Part shown: positions 18,741-29,057 of the stretch, one piece after another
How positions within the stretch are numbered: position 1 is the stretch's first letter
Layout: each line of letters begins with the position of its first letter
DNA from: a candidate division LCP-89 bacterium
GTDB lineage: Bacteria; Electryoneota; B3-LCP
Direction: 5' to 3'
Assembly (NCBI GenBank): GCA_025774555.1
Contig: JALGVT010000005.1
Span: 382 to 64,381 of the forward strand
Length of the DNA stretch: 64,000 nt
Notes under the pieces: model-generated
Database searches by the model: none
The model's input: only the letters and a program-made list of their open reading frames with translations
What the model was told of the DNA's origin: nothing
Translations under genes and position numbers: made by a program

Positions 18741-19547
18741 TTAGTCGAGGATGACGATGACGCGGCATTTCTGCAGGAAGTTCAGGTTCTCCTTCATGCT
18801 GTGCAGAAGTTCAGCATCCTGATTGGAAATGACGACGTCGGCGCGATTCGGTCCTTCTGACTTTAATCCTTTCACAACCAGAGGTTTATCGGTGACTCTG
18901 TCATTCTTTGCCGCGGCTTCCATATCCTTTTCATAGCCGATCATACCGTATTGAATAGCCCACTCTTTGCTGACATAACTTGAACCGTACACTTCTTGAC
19001 CATCTTCATTCAGAACTCGTGGCGAAAGCGCAGGTCGGGCTCCCAAACCGGTTGCATCTATGATAAGACCGGTATAGACAACTCCTGATATAGCCGAAGA
19101 GAGTGGCTGTGCTCCCCCCATTTTCGCAGGCAAAACAGCTTCAAGGAAAGGACCATCAAGACTCATCTCAATGGTTACTTCGATTGAACCGTCATCGTAA
19201 TATCTTGGATCACCCACCTGCCGGAAATTCTGAGCAATCCCTTCAACTCTGGTCCGCACTACGTCACTTGACAACATTGAGTTTTTGACAGTGGTTTCAG
19301 ACGACATGGCGATACCTTGGATGACCTCAAGCATGTTTCGTAATGCGTCCATTTTAGCCGCACGAATAATGCCGGCTCTACCTCCAGGTCCGCCCGGCGC
19401 ACCGATTCCAGTGGCAGAGATCGTACGCTGAGTAAAATCTACAGATCCATTCATACCAATCTGTTGAACTACACCTTGTGCCAATCCGATCGTTGTCCAG
19501 AGCAGTAGTAATAAACAAACAGATGCTGCAACGGTGGATATGCGCAT
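18741..19547 (-). CDS. Periplasmic LPP20/FlgP-like family protein
   Basis: Start at MRISTVAASVCLLLLLW (AAGGAGG upstream). Motif ..ISATGIGAPGGPGGRAGIIRAAKMDALRNMLEVIQGI.. resembles the LPP20 lipoprotein family. Confidence 0.45.
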   Translation of the reverse strand: MRISTVAASVCLLLLLWTTIGLAQGVVQQIGMNGSVDFTQRTISATGIGAPGGPGGRAGIIRAAKMDALRNMLEVIQGIAMSSETTVKNSMLSSDVVRTRVEGIAQNFRQVGDPRYYDDGSIEVTIEMSLDGPFLEAVLPAKMGGAQPLSSAISGVVYTGLIIDATGLGARPALSPRVLNEDGQEVYGSSYVSKEWAIQYGMIGYEKDMEAAAKNDRVTDKPLVVKGLKSEGPNRADVVISNQDAELLHSMKENLNFLQKCRVIVILD

Positions 19548-19701
19548 AAGTACCTCCTTATGCATTTTATTTTTATTTTAGTATCAAACTCTAAACGGCG
19601 AAATGAGCTAAGATTAACCCATTTCGAAGTACTCTAAGAAATTTAATCCGTACTGCTGATTAATTCAAGTGAAAAGAGCGCTATTTTCAGCGATGTGTCT
19701 G

Positions 19702-20562
19702 CTATTTCTGATCGACCGCCTTGTCCTTTTCCAAGTTCCAGCGAACCCATTCAGTCTGTTCATCGGGATCTTCAGCTGAGAAGTCACCTGATGACAGCAG
19801 TTGACCTTTGCTGTCTATCCTGATCTCCTGCATGTTCTTTATAATATAGTACCACACCTCGAAGGTAACCCGCCGTGGTCCCTGGATCTGCTGGGGACCC
19901 TGAATCTGCTTAATATGAGGCAGTTCCTGAGGAACAAGCTCCTTTATATCGGCAGTATTTGTGATTTTTACCTCACCTTTATAGACCTTGAGAACAGTGG
20001 AGGAATCATCACCTACACTGATACGAAAACGCGTCCCGGTGATGGCTGCGCCAGCGACTGGTGTATTAACGTCAAAAGAGACCTCCTCTTTTTCTTCAGA
20101 CACCATTGCCCAGATATCACCCTTTACTACGTCTATTTGAGTTTCATCGAGTCCCTCTTTGGTCTCTTCATATAATTTGACTATGTCGATGGTCGTTAAT
20201 GGCGCCATGCGGATAATGTTTAGTTCTTTCAGGGTGAGTTCCGCACGTGATTCTCGAAGGGTGCGCACTTTGTCACCGCTGATAATTTCAGAACCTAAAA
20301 CTGCGCTCATCCAATTATCAGATGTCACCGGTAGTTTTCTGGCTCGCCCGTCCAGTTCCGTAACCTTTCCACGGTGATGAATATCCTCATCCTGAACGTC
20401 TGCGAAAAGCTCCTCGTCCGCCTTTACTCCAACATGCAGAAAAACTACAAGATTGCACAGAAATAGAAAAGCTATTACACGGTTGCGTCTCAGTAATCCG
20501 CTTCTTTTTACAGGCATCGCTTGTGCCTCCCGAATTATAGGTTCTATTTTCTTAAACCACAA
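19702..20562 (-). CDS. Membrane-anchored FecR-domain protein
   Basis: One N-terminal TM helix (VIAFLFLCNLVVFLHV). Periplasmic region with FecR-like pattern (..VKGDIWAMV..FDVNTPVAGAAITGTRFRISVGDDSSTVLKVYKGEVKI..). Confidence 0.5.
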   Translation of the reverse strand: MWFKKIEPIIREAQAMPVKRSGLLRRNRVIAFLFLCNLVVFLHVGVKADEELFADVQDEDIHHRGKVTELDGRARKLPVTSDNWMSAVLGSEIISGDKVRTLRESRAELTLKELNIIRMAPLTTIDIVKLYEETKEGLDETQIDVVKGDIWAMVSEEKEEVSFDVNTPVAGAAITGTRFRISVGDDSSTVLKVYKGEVKITNTADIKELVPQELPHIKQIQGPQQIQGPRRVTFEVWYYIIKNMQEIRIDSKGQLLSSGDFSAEDPDEQTEWVRWNLEKDKAVDQK

Positions 20563-20607
20563 TATTTAAATATTTCTCCCCAAAAGCAAGAAATATGTAG
20601 CTTAATT

Positions 20608-23600
20608 TCAATTAATATGAGATGCACCGGTTAGATTTCCCGTCGGTTCACCTGTCAGGATAAATGCAGCCCAATAAGAGGGATGCGCGTTAATGCGGTC
20701 ACGTATATGCCGTTGTGCACTCTGCATGGATTCTGCAGGAGAAAGCCCAGCCCTCAAGTTTCGATAGAACCGCTTGACGAGCACAGCCGTGGCGAGATCG
20801 TCAACTTTCCAGAGAGAGGAAAAGACGCGCGGAGCTCCCGCATAAATAAACGCCCGGTTAAATCCTATAATCTCTTCGCCGCCCGATATCCCTCCTAATC
20901 CGCTTTCACAAGCAGAAAGAAGAACTAAAGAGCAGTGATCGAGGTGAAGATCGAAAATTTCAAACATCTCAAGCCGCCCGTCCTGTTCATCATCCGGCGC
21001 TAAGAAAAGACTTGAAAATGTTGGATTCTTTGAATTGAACTCACCGTGACAGGCTAAATGAACCACGCTTGCGCTGTCGCTGAAATTCACAAGTTTGGAT
21101 TCCTTTGCCTGTTCACCAAGATAGATATTCACATCTTTATAGACATATTTGATTGCGCTAACTTCTTTTTCACCGAAAAACAGACTCTCCAGCGGCAGAC
21201 CTGTGTCAGGATTACCAAGCGCTAGAATTTTACCAATTTCATTATGAGATCTTTCTTCAACTCTGTTTCTACAGAATGAAAATATATTTGCTGAAGGCAC
21301 ATAATTGAGAGTGAAGTGGTCTATTATATAGCTGCCATCCGGTTCAATCAACAAGGCAAAAGGAAGATAGAAGAGAGAACTTGTCGGCGCTATGATCAGG
21401 TGACTTTTATCATTCAGACGTTTCACAATAGGCGCTATCAATATTCTATATAGTCTTATACATTCTTCTTGAACAGAGAGTTTCTTCTTCAATCTCATAC
21501 GCAGATTTTCAACCATAGTCTTCAGAGAATCACCTTTAATAGCAACTTTTGCAGCTTTTATCCCTTCACGATCCAGCGTGAATATCACTAATGCCTCATC
21601 TAACAGGTAGTACTCAAGCAGTATTTCCTCGTTTTTCAACATCGTTTGGATCTGCGTCGAAGGCGCTGGAGTAACAGAGGTAATGTCTCTGTAACCGGGA
21701 TGACTGTTCTCTATCCGTTCGAGCAGGTAGCGGTAATCATTCTCTAATGAATCGATTATTGTAGTATAGTTGGCAAAAAGCGCGTCCTCTTCCGGTGTTC
21801 TGACGGCGCCTTTCGTTTTGAGATATTCTACTTCTTTGCGAATTCCTGCCAATTTCGTGGATATAGCATTTACTTTATCCTGCATTTCGACTGAAAGCCC
21901 GGCGCTGTGGTCGATGCTGCGATTCTGAATCATATCTAAAAAGGTTCGAGAGCGCGATCTTTCCACAACATCGAGAGCGCCAAATGTATTATCCTCATTT
22001 AAAAGAATGCTGACAGCCAGCCTGTACACCTGACCTTTATTCTCCATGAAGCCGGTCTGCAAACCCTCTACGGCGATAGAAGCACGCGTTTTCTCAATCT
22101 GCTCCATGGCGCTGTAAAGAGATACCAATGCTTCTTCGTTTTTTCTATTTTTTATGAATGCTTCAGCACGTGCCAGCTCAATGCGCCATAAGAGGTCTTC
22201 TATGTTATTGTCTTCTGCTATTCTTCTAGCGAGATATAAATTGGAAATCGCCTCTTTAATAGCGCCATTAGCTATTTCAATAAGCCCCATTCCGAGAAAA
22301 GTTCTCGCGTGTATTCTTTGATCGGTAACCTGCGGAAGGATGTTTTTAACAGTTTTAAGCGCTTTCCTGGCTGAGTCTGCCTGATCTGTTTGAATATACG
22401 CATTGCCGAGATTAAGCAGTGAATACGCCATGCCGCGTATTGAATTAAGCTCTTTATCGATTTTATATGTCCGCCTGAAACGGATAATTGCCTTATCAAC
22501 CTCGCCGGATGAGAGTTCTATAAGACCTATGTTCTTTTCAATCTGCGATCTGCTCCTGTAATCACCTGTGGTGATAGCTCCTTCTAATGCGTGCTTGGCT
22601 TTTTTCAATGCCCTCTCGGCGTCTCCTAAGCTCAGATAAATAAGAGCTTCCGTATTTTCCGCAAGATAGACGTATTGATTTAATCCGAGTTCTGAGAATT
22701 GCTCACTCGCGATACGTATTCTGTCAAGTCCTTCCTGAAATCTTCCCTGTTTCCAGTAAAGTCCAGCGATATACTGATGCGACAGAGCAGTCGTCAAAGA
22801 ATTCTCCTGACCTTCAAGTTCAATCGCCTTACTCTGCATTCTTAGTGAGTTTTCATAGTCTGTCATGCCTTCGTAAGCTAAACCAAGGTGCTGATACAAT
22901 TCTGGCGGTATTGCTAGAGCATGTCCTGACGCTTCTTCCAGATTAGGAATATTATCAAGAATATCCTCGAGGAAACGGGAAGCCTTATAATAATCCTCCC
23001 TTATCAGCATCAGACGACAAAGATAGACACTGCTTATAATATAGGGTTCATATTCACCCCAGTCATAATATAGGTCCCGCGCTCTGGATATAGCAGTTTC
23101 AGCAGCATTATAATCTTTAAGTTTCTCATGGTATGTCGCAGTTATCTGGTCGTCAGAAGCCGCCCGCAATTCGTCTCCACGAACAATTGCCATACTGCGA
23201 GCCTTTGCACGCGCACCAATTGCGTTTGCAGTGCTGTCTAGGTTGTAGTAATATACCGAAAGGTTGCGGTATCCAGTCTCGACCAATTTCAGGTCTCTTT
23301 CTGCCCCGGCAATATCTATCAATATAGTCTGTGATTCGATAGCTTTTCCCCAAAAAGAAGCGCCGCGTGCCGCCTTGATTCGGAGCAGATGCAGTTTTTT
23401 GATGGAAGCCGCATCTTCTGTCTCTTCAGCCATGGCAAGCGCTGAATTATAGTACCGCAAAGCCCACTCGGCATCACCTTTCTGTAAATTATAGTTGCCC
23501 TTGAGAACGGTTGATGTGAAGTTCTGTTCTACGAATTCCTGTCGCTGAAAATGATCTAATCCACCGCTCCCATAATATTTAAAGCCAGAGAGTGCTTCAT

Positions 23601-26600
23601 CTAAAAATGAATCATTAGATTCCAGAGCGTCTAAAGCGTTATAATAAGCCTCTCCTGGAGAATTCGTAACCTTCTCTTCTATAAACACTTCGATGAAATG
23701 TTCGAGGTGGTCATCAGTGATATTCTCCGGTAAAATAATAATACTTGATACGCCTGTATAGAGCAAGCTCCTGATTAGAACTGTTTCGTCATAGATACTG
23801 CCCTTGATAAACAGTACATCTGCATTCGTGCTGATATTAAACAGTTCTGAAATCGGTATCTGTAAGTTGTTATCTTCATAGATAAGCTGGTCTAAGGGAT
23901 TGGAGACATTGTTTTTATCAATTGTAAGGTATATCATCCCCGCGTTCTCTATCGCGTCGATAAAATCCTCGCGGCTTTGTATTTCTATCTTATCAAATTG
24001 CGAAAGTTGCTCCTGATTCACTACATTTATGCGCTTACCTTGCCCGATTGATTGTTTCCCATTTAAAAAGACAATACTTTGAATGTCTGGAAGCATGTAT
24101 AGAGGTGTTTGATCACTGCCAACGGACTTGAGCCAGATACTTTGGACGGGGAGTTTAGACCATTCACCGGGCAGTATTAAGAATACCCTTTCACAATCCT
24201 GAAATCTTGATTGCTTTGATGCAAATACAGCTTGCAGTATATCTTCCGGGCTGCCATGTAGTCTGAGGCTGTCAACGTCCAGAGTGCGGTCATCCAATTG
24301 GATTAGATAGAGTTGTTTCACAGCCGACGTTATTTGCAATAGCAGATCACCAGACTGCAGGCAATTCATAATAGTATCTGGATCAAACGTAGGCATAGAA
24401 AACAATGATGCAAATTCCGGATCTTCTGTCGTTACTTTCTGCATGGTAGAGAGATATTCATCTTCTATATCGCTTAATTGCTCCCGTGCTTCTTCAAGCT
24501 CATCAATATCAGGTTTGGTTTCGGATTCAAATAGCGCTACTTGCTGTCTTGATTTGTTCAGTTTTCTGCGTAAGTAAGGAATGACGCCTCCGCCTCTGCC
24601 CCAAATAAACTTGCGGCGCTCGAATTTGACTGGGAACATACGGCTGCGTATCGCAGAAATCAATGTAAGGTTAGACCGTTGCTGCGCAATTTCGAGGACA
24701 CGTACTTTGTCCCCGACATTGAAAGCGTTGACAAGCGCTGATTCGAACATTATATTGGCTTCGATATCGGATTGAGTAATTGCGCCAGTTTCATCTTTGT
24801 TGGGCGGACGGTTTGACCAAGCGTCGATAGCCAGATCAAACCATTCATCGGCTGAATGAGATCCCACGATCAAGCTGATATCATTCGATAAGGACGTCCG
24901 TAATTGCGTGCTGCAAGATGTTATTCTGCCCAACCTCCAGAAAACACGCCACAAATATCTGATGTCGCCGATCCGTTCGGCTGTCCTCATCCCTTCAACT
25001 AATACTTTAGCGCTTTCTGAATAATCCTGCAAAGTGTATAGAAAATCTGATAGATCCAGACTAAGCAAAATCTCATCAGCAGGATGATTGAGACGTCTTG
25101 ATTCGTTTATACCGCTCTCAAAAACCCAGATTGCTTCAGCCTGGAGGTCGATTATTCTGAACAGGTCGATTTCGCTTGATTCGGGAACGTTGTTAGATGC
25201 CTTCAGGCATAATCTGCCATAAAGTCGATAGAGCCTAAGACGCTCATTAGTAAATCCGATTTTATCTGGACCGAACTTATCTATCTCCATTTTCAGCAGG
25301 GTTAGAAGCGTTTCGGCGTTAAAGGGTTGGTCATGATCTAATATCAGCAGACTGCTTAATAACTTCTGATCAGGGATTTCCGCATCATCGTCAAGTGGAT
25401 CAAGAGACTGATAAAAACGGCGTTGTATCGAATTTTTGAGGTCAGCTACGTCTGAAACATTTTCTGTTCGATTGACTGCTTCGATAATAAAAACCCAGAT
25501 ATCATCAGGATAACCGATGTTATAATGCTTAAACCATGTCATCTCGTCAGTTATATCAGCCTTGTTTATGGCATCTGAGGATGAACGCGAGAGTTCTAAG
25601 GAGGCTATGTTCAGCAGCGCTGAAAGCTGTCCTGATCTATATCCGTGACGATGACAGAGATCGTATGATCTGATAAAACATCGTTTAGATTTGACTAAAC
25701 GATGATTATTCCAGAAATAATTCCCTAATATATTCCAGAGGATAGCCTCTCCTTCGGGATCATCTCTGTTGATGGTGATCGCAAGACGCTCTGATGCTTC
25801 CTGTATAGCTTTGGTTGGATCCTTAGAACGATAATAGACGTCCTCTGCAATAGAGTGATTAAGAAGAATCTCATCCTTTTGAGTGAGACCTATCGCTGAC
25901 ATAGGAGAACCCGTGCCTAAATAACCGAAGTTCATAATTGGTATCGGAATGCCCAATATTTCAAGCACAAGTGGATTATAAAATTCAACTGTTGGAATAT
26001 CTGCGTTATCGGGAAGAGATTCTAATGCGTTGTCGGTTAAAAGCAGAGCATTCTCATCGTCCCCCATGTTTAACGCATTCAGCGCCATGTTTTCAAGCCA
26101 CAGACTCTGCGGGACATTCAGTCCTTCACGATCTGCTAATATCTGCGCCTGCCGGTAATATGAATTAGACAACTCCTCGTCCCTAATGACTTGATGTAAT
26201 TCAGCCAGTCGCAACAGGACGCGTAGTTCACCTTGAATCTGTTTGAGGTTGTGATAAAGTTCGAGTGATCGGCTGTAACTCGCCAATGCAATGTCGTTCT
26301 TGCCTATAATCGAGGCAGCCTGACCCATCTTCTCGCGTATATTAGCTTCCTGCTGTAATGAAGTAAAACTCGAGTCCCATTTTATCTTCGCGATGTAAGC
26401 GGTCAGCGAACGATGATAACCGAATTCACCCAGATTGAAATAATTGTTACCGAGGTTCAGATACAGTAAAGCCTCAAGTTCTGGATTTGTAGTCTCGTCA
26501 TTTATTGAGATGCCGAGTTGAAGCGCTTCGATTGCTTTCTCATAGCCCTGGAATGGGGGAGAAGCGCCTCTGAAGGTTAGTAATCTTCCCATGCTGTTCA

Positions 26601-29043
26601 CAGCCGAGCTCAAATTATGAACTATTTTCTTGAAGAAATTACCAGCAGTTTTCGATTGACTACTATTACGCTTTTCTTGCAATTCATAATTGTAGCTCAA
26701 AGTAGTATAGCCGTAAACCAGGTCTGATTCCAATGCAATCGCCGATTGAATAAGCTCGTTAGACTCGATAATATCAGCGGAGTTACCTTCTCCAGAATAA
26801 GATAGACACAAACCGAGAGCGTACATATTGGCTGCATTATCCGGCTCTTTCTCAAGCAGTTCCCGGTATTCTTGAGTTACCTCCTTTAGGTGGTTTAGAG
26901 ACATTGCGGAGGCAATTCTGCCGCGGTGCAATCTGACGTCATTGGGTGAGAGTCTCAGCGCTTTTCTAAAATTAACTTCAGCCAGTTCCCAATCGGATTG
27001 GTGAAGCAACTGTTCTGCCCGCTCAGTCAGCATCGATATTCTCAGCAGCCGAGCTTTGCGAACGTAATAGCTGTTCTTGAGGTCTTTAAAGAGGGCTTCT
27101 ACCTCTTCGAGGTGATTTTGAGCCAGGAGGTTCTCACCCATCTGATTTTCAAGTTCGGCTGACTCTATTAATGATTCCGCATAAAGAGACCTGATATACG
27201 AGTGTGGGTGCCTGATAGCATATCCTCGAATCCTTTCCCATTCGCTGAGAGCGATCTCTGTTTCGCCGCGTTCAGCAAAGATATCAGCGATTTTCTTCTG
27301 AGCTGCGGCTCCAAGCGCAGGGATTTCGGGATATCTTACGATGATGTTCTGCAACCCAGCTAAGGGATCATCACTTCCGACCTGTAGAGCAACAACATTC
27401 TCAATCGCTTTTTCCGTCGGAATTATGTTGTCTGAGAAATCTTTGATTTCTCGCAGGTAAGTATCCAATGCTTCACTTTTACTTCCGAAGCTGAAGTAAA
27501 TTGAAGCTATTCTCAACAGTGATTCAGCGGCATAATCACCTATTAAAACATAATCTGCCACTATTTGGTTATAAATATCAAGCGCCTGTTCAATATTGCC
27601 GGTTTGTTCGTGGTTTGCCGCAATCAAAAACAGGGCGCGAGCGGAAGACTCTGGATATTGTCCGGAATGATCGAAAATAGTTGTCAGGTTTGATATTAAT
27701 GAAGATGGATTTTCGCAGACGAACTTGCCATCATATTGAAAGGAACCGCTATGCACCTGAATCTGGTAATCTATTCGAGCTTGATTTATTACGGCAGTCT
27801 GTTCATCATATTGACGCGGAAGCCTCTTTAGAAAAGTAAGGGCACGCGAACCTTCGCCTGATTTATTCAATAACCTGGCTGATTCGAGCATCGATTTTGC
27901 GCCAAGCTCGCGCGCTTGAGGATGGTCAATTCTGACTCTTTCAAACGCTAATAGTGTCGCCAATAACTCTTCCCGCAATAACGGGCGTCCAATGATTTCT
28001 GCCTCCCTACCTATCGAAAGAGCGAAATTGAAACATGCCTCCGCTGTAGGTGCTCGTGGGACAGGACCCTCTGCAGGACCTTTCCATAAATCCATGCTGC
28101 CGCTTTTGTCGCTTGCGTGGTAAATATTGCCATCGCTCGCCCAGCAGGAATACGTCTCTGAGGCGTCACCAAGTGAGATAGCCCGCGCCACCGTGTTTGA
28201 ATCCACCTGGTTAAAACGGTAGAGAAACTGACCATCTATCGGTGTCAACAGTCCATCAAGATTTAGGTCTCTGTTGACTAAAACGGCACAGAAAGAATTT
28301 CCTGATGGAGACCAGCAGGGAGAAGAGGCAGGGAAAGAGCTTTCATAGACGATTTCCCATTTAGGCTGCGGTTCCTTCAAATCCTCTAAATGTAGAAGGC
28401 AGATATCACCACCGTAATCCTCAGCGGGGACCTTTATACAGATAATGTCATTATTAACAGGTGAAAAATCGGGTTGGATAAACCCATGTGGAGTCAGGAA
28501 TGTGCTTTTCTTCTTTGACAGGTTGAGCAGTTTTATTCTGCCCTGCACGCCTGCGCCATCTTGATACGCGATATATTTACCATTTTTAGAGAATGAGGGA
28601 TTGCTCTGATGTCCTGCTTCGTGGATAACAGTTTTTACGCGCAAAGCGCGCGGGGATTCATTTCGTAAGGTTATATTCAGTATGTAAAGATCGCCCTCAG
28701 GATCATCGCGCATAGACACAAAACAGATACGCTTTCCATCAGGAGACCATTCGGGATTGAAATCATCTGCAGGATGAGAAGTCAGCGGGACAGGCACACC
28801 TCCGCCTGTTTTGCGAATCCAGATGTCATAGTTGTCATTGCGGGTTGAAGCGTAGAGCAGCCAATTCCCATCAGGCGATATCGCGGGATCAATTTCAGAT
28901 CCCAAGTCGGCTGTTAAGGGTTGAGAATAGTGTATCGCAAGGGATTTGGGTATTCTGTTAGCTGGCTGAGGTTCCGCCTGTATTTGAGGTAATAATCCGC
29001 TGAGGATGAATAATACTGCCGTTATAGGCAAATAGCGGTGCAT
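20608..29043 (-). CDS. Giant secreted protein (2811 aa): signal peptide, TolB-like PD40 beta-propeller, very long TPR-repeat region, C-terminal CHAT (caspase-like) protease domain
   Basis: Uninterrupted 8.4-kb ORF. Signal peptide MHRYLPITAVLFILSGLLPQIQA. PD40 repeats (SPDGNWLLYASTRNDNYDIWI, SPDGKRICFVSMRDDPEGDLYIL). Dozens of TPR-like helices. CHAT hallmarks near the C-terminus (..SHLIIAPTSSLFYLPFALL.., VVHLACHGEF, LVLLSACESG, VDDLATAVLVKRFY). Confidence 0.85.
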   Translation of the reverse strand: MHRYLPITAVLFILSGLLPQIQAEPQPANRIPKSLAIHYSQPLTADLGSEIDPAISPDGNWLLYASTRNDNYDIWIRKTGGGVPVPLTSHPADDFNPEWSPDGKRICFVSMRDDPEGDLYILNITLRNESPRALRVKTVIHEAGHQSNPSFSKNGKYIAYQDGAGVQGRIKLLNLSKKKSTFLTPHGFIQPDFSPVNNDIICIKVPAEDYGGDICLLHLEDLKEPQPKWEIVYESSFPASSPCWSPSGNSFCAVLVNRDLNLDGLLTPIDGQFLYRFNQVDSNTVARAISLGDASETYSCWASDGNIYHASDKSGSMDLWKGPAEGPVPRAPTAEACFNFALSIGREAEIIGRPLLREELLATLLAFERVRIDHPQARELGAKSMLESARLLNKSGEGSRALTFLKRLPRQYDEQTAVINQARIDYQIQVHSGSFQYDGKFVCENPSSLISNLTTIFDHSGQYPESSARALFLIAANHEQTGNIEQALDIYNQIVADYVLIGDYAAESLLRIASIYFSFGSKSEALDTYLREIKDFSDNIIPTEKAIENVVALQVGSDDPLAGLQNIIVRYPEIPALGAAAQKKIADIFAERGETEIALSEWERIRGYAIRHPHSYIRSLYAESLIESAELENQMGENLLAQNHLEEVEALFKDLKNSYYVRKARLLRISMLTERAEQLLHQSDWELAEVNFRKALRLSPNDVRLHRGRIASAMSLNHLKEVTQEYRELLEKEPDNAANMYALGLCLSYSGEGNSADIIESNELIQSAIALESDLVYGYTTLSYNYELQEKRNSSQSKTAGNFFKKIVHNLSSAVNSMGRLLTFRGASPPFQGYEKAIEALQLGISINDETTNPELEALLYLNLGNNYFNLGEFGYHRSLTAYIAKIKWDSSFTSLQQEANIREKMGQAASIIGKNDIALASYSRSLELYHNLKQIQGELRVLLRLAELHQVIRDEELSNSYYRQAQILADREGLNVPQSLWLENMALNALNMGDDENALLLTDNALESLPDNADIPTVEFYNPLVLEILGIPIPIMNFGYLGTGSPMSAIGLTQKDEILLNHSIAEDVYYRSKDPTKAIQEASERLAITINRDDPEGEAILWNILGNYFWNNHRLVKSKRCFIRSYDLCHRHGYRSGQLSALLNIASLELSRSSSDAINKADITDEMTWFKHYNIGYPDDIWVFIIEAVNRTENVSDVADLKNSIQRRFYQSLDPLDDDAEIPDQKLLSSLLILDHDQPFNAETLLTLLKMEIDKFGPDKIGFTNERLRLYRLYGRLCLKASNNVPESSEIDLFRIIDLQAEAIWVFESGINESRRLNHPADEILLSLDLSDFLYTLQDYSESAKVLVEGMRTAERIGDIRYLWRVFWRLGRITSCSTQLRTSLSNDISLIVGSHSADEWFDLAIDAWSNRPPNKDETGAITQSDIEANIMFESALVNAFNVGDKVRVLEIAQQRSNLTLISAIRSRMFPVKFERRKFIWGRGGGVIPYLRRKLNKSRQQVALFESETKPDIDELEEAREQLSDIEDEYLSTMQKVTTEDPEFASLFSMPTFDPDTIMNCLQSGDLLLQITSAVKQLYLIQLDDRTLDVDSLRLHGSPEDILQAVFASKQSRFQDCERVFLILPGEWSKLPVQSIWLKSVGSDQTPLYMLPDIQSIVFLNGKQSIGQGKRINVVNQEQLSQFDKIEIQSREDFIDAIENAGMIYLTIDKNNVSNPLDQLIYEDNNLQIPISELFNISTNADVLFIKGSIYDETVLIRSLLYTGVSSIIILPENITDDHLEHFIEVFIEEKVTNSPGEAYYNALDALESNDSFLDEALSGFKYYGSGGLDHFQRQEFVEQNFTSTVLKGNYNLQKGDAEWALRYYNSALAMAEETEDAASIKKLHLLRIKAARGASFWGKAIESQTILIDIAGAERDLKLVETGYRNLSVYYYNLDSTANAIGARAKARSMAIVRGDELRAASDDQITATYHEKLKDYNAAETAISRARDLYYDWGEYEPYIISSVYLCRLMLIREDYYKASRFLEDILDNIPNLEEASGHALAIPPELYQHLGLAYEGMTDYENSLRMQSKAIELEGQENSLTTALSHQYIAGLYWKQGRFQEGLDRIRIASEQFSELGLNQYVYLAENTEALIYLSLGDAERALKKAKHALEGAITTGDYRSRSQIEKNIGLIELSSGEVDKAIIRFRRTYKIDKELNSIRGMAYSLLNLGNAYIQTDQADSARKALKTVKNILPQVTDQRIHARTFLGMGLIEIANGAIKEAISNLYLARRIAEDNNIEDLLWRIELARAEAFIKNRKNEEALVSLYSAMEQIEKTRASIAVEGLQTGFMENKGQVYRLAVSILLNEDNTFGALDVVERSRSRTFLDMIQNRSIDHSAGLSVEMQDKVNAISTKLAGIRKEVEYLKTKGAVRTPEEDALFANYTTIIDSLENDYRYLLERIENSHPGYRDITSVTPAPSTQIQTMLKNEEILLEYYLLDEALVIFTLDREGIKAAKVAIKGDSLKTMVENLRMRLKKKLSVQEECIRLYRILIAPIVKRLNDKSHLIIAPTSSLFYLPFALLIEPDGSYIIDHFTLNYVPSANIFSFCRNRVEERSHNEIGKILALGNPDTGLPLESLFFGEKEVSAIKYVYKDVNIYLGEQAKESKLVNFSDSASVVHLACHGEFNSKNPTFSSLFLAPDDEQDGRLEMFEIFDLHLDHCSLVLLSACESGLGGISGGEEIIGFNRAFIYAGAPRVFSSLWKVDDLATAVLVKRFYRNLRAGLSPAESMQSAQRHIRDRINAHPSYWAAFILTGEPTGNLTGASHIN

Positions 29044-29057
29044 ATCTGGTGCTTATA

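Noticed and set aside
20608-29043. Numerous 60-120-aa antisense or out-of-frame ORFs inside the giant gene and inside other long genes (for example 23133-23327, 25938-26168, 38562-38918, 39186-39620, 51296-51799)
   Set aside because: They lie nested in long uninterrupted ORFs with clear domain content. They are typical shadow ORFs.
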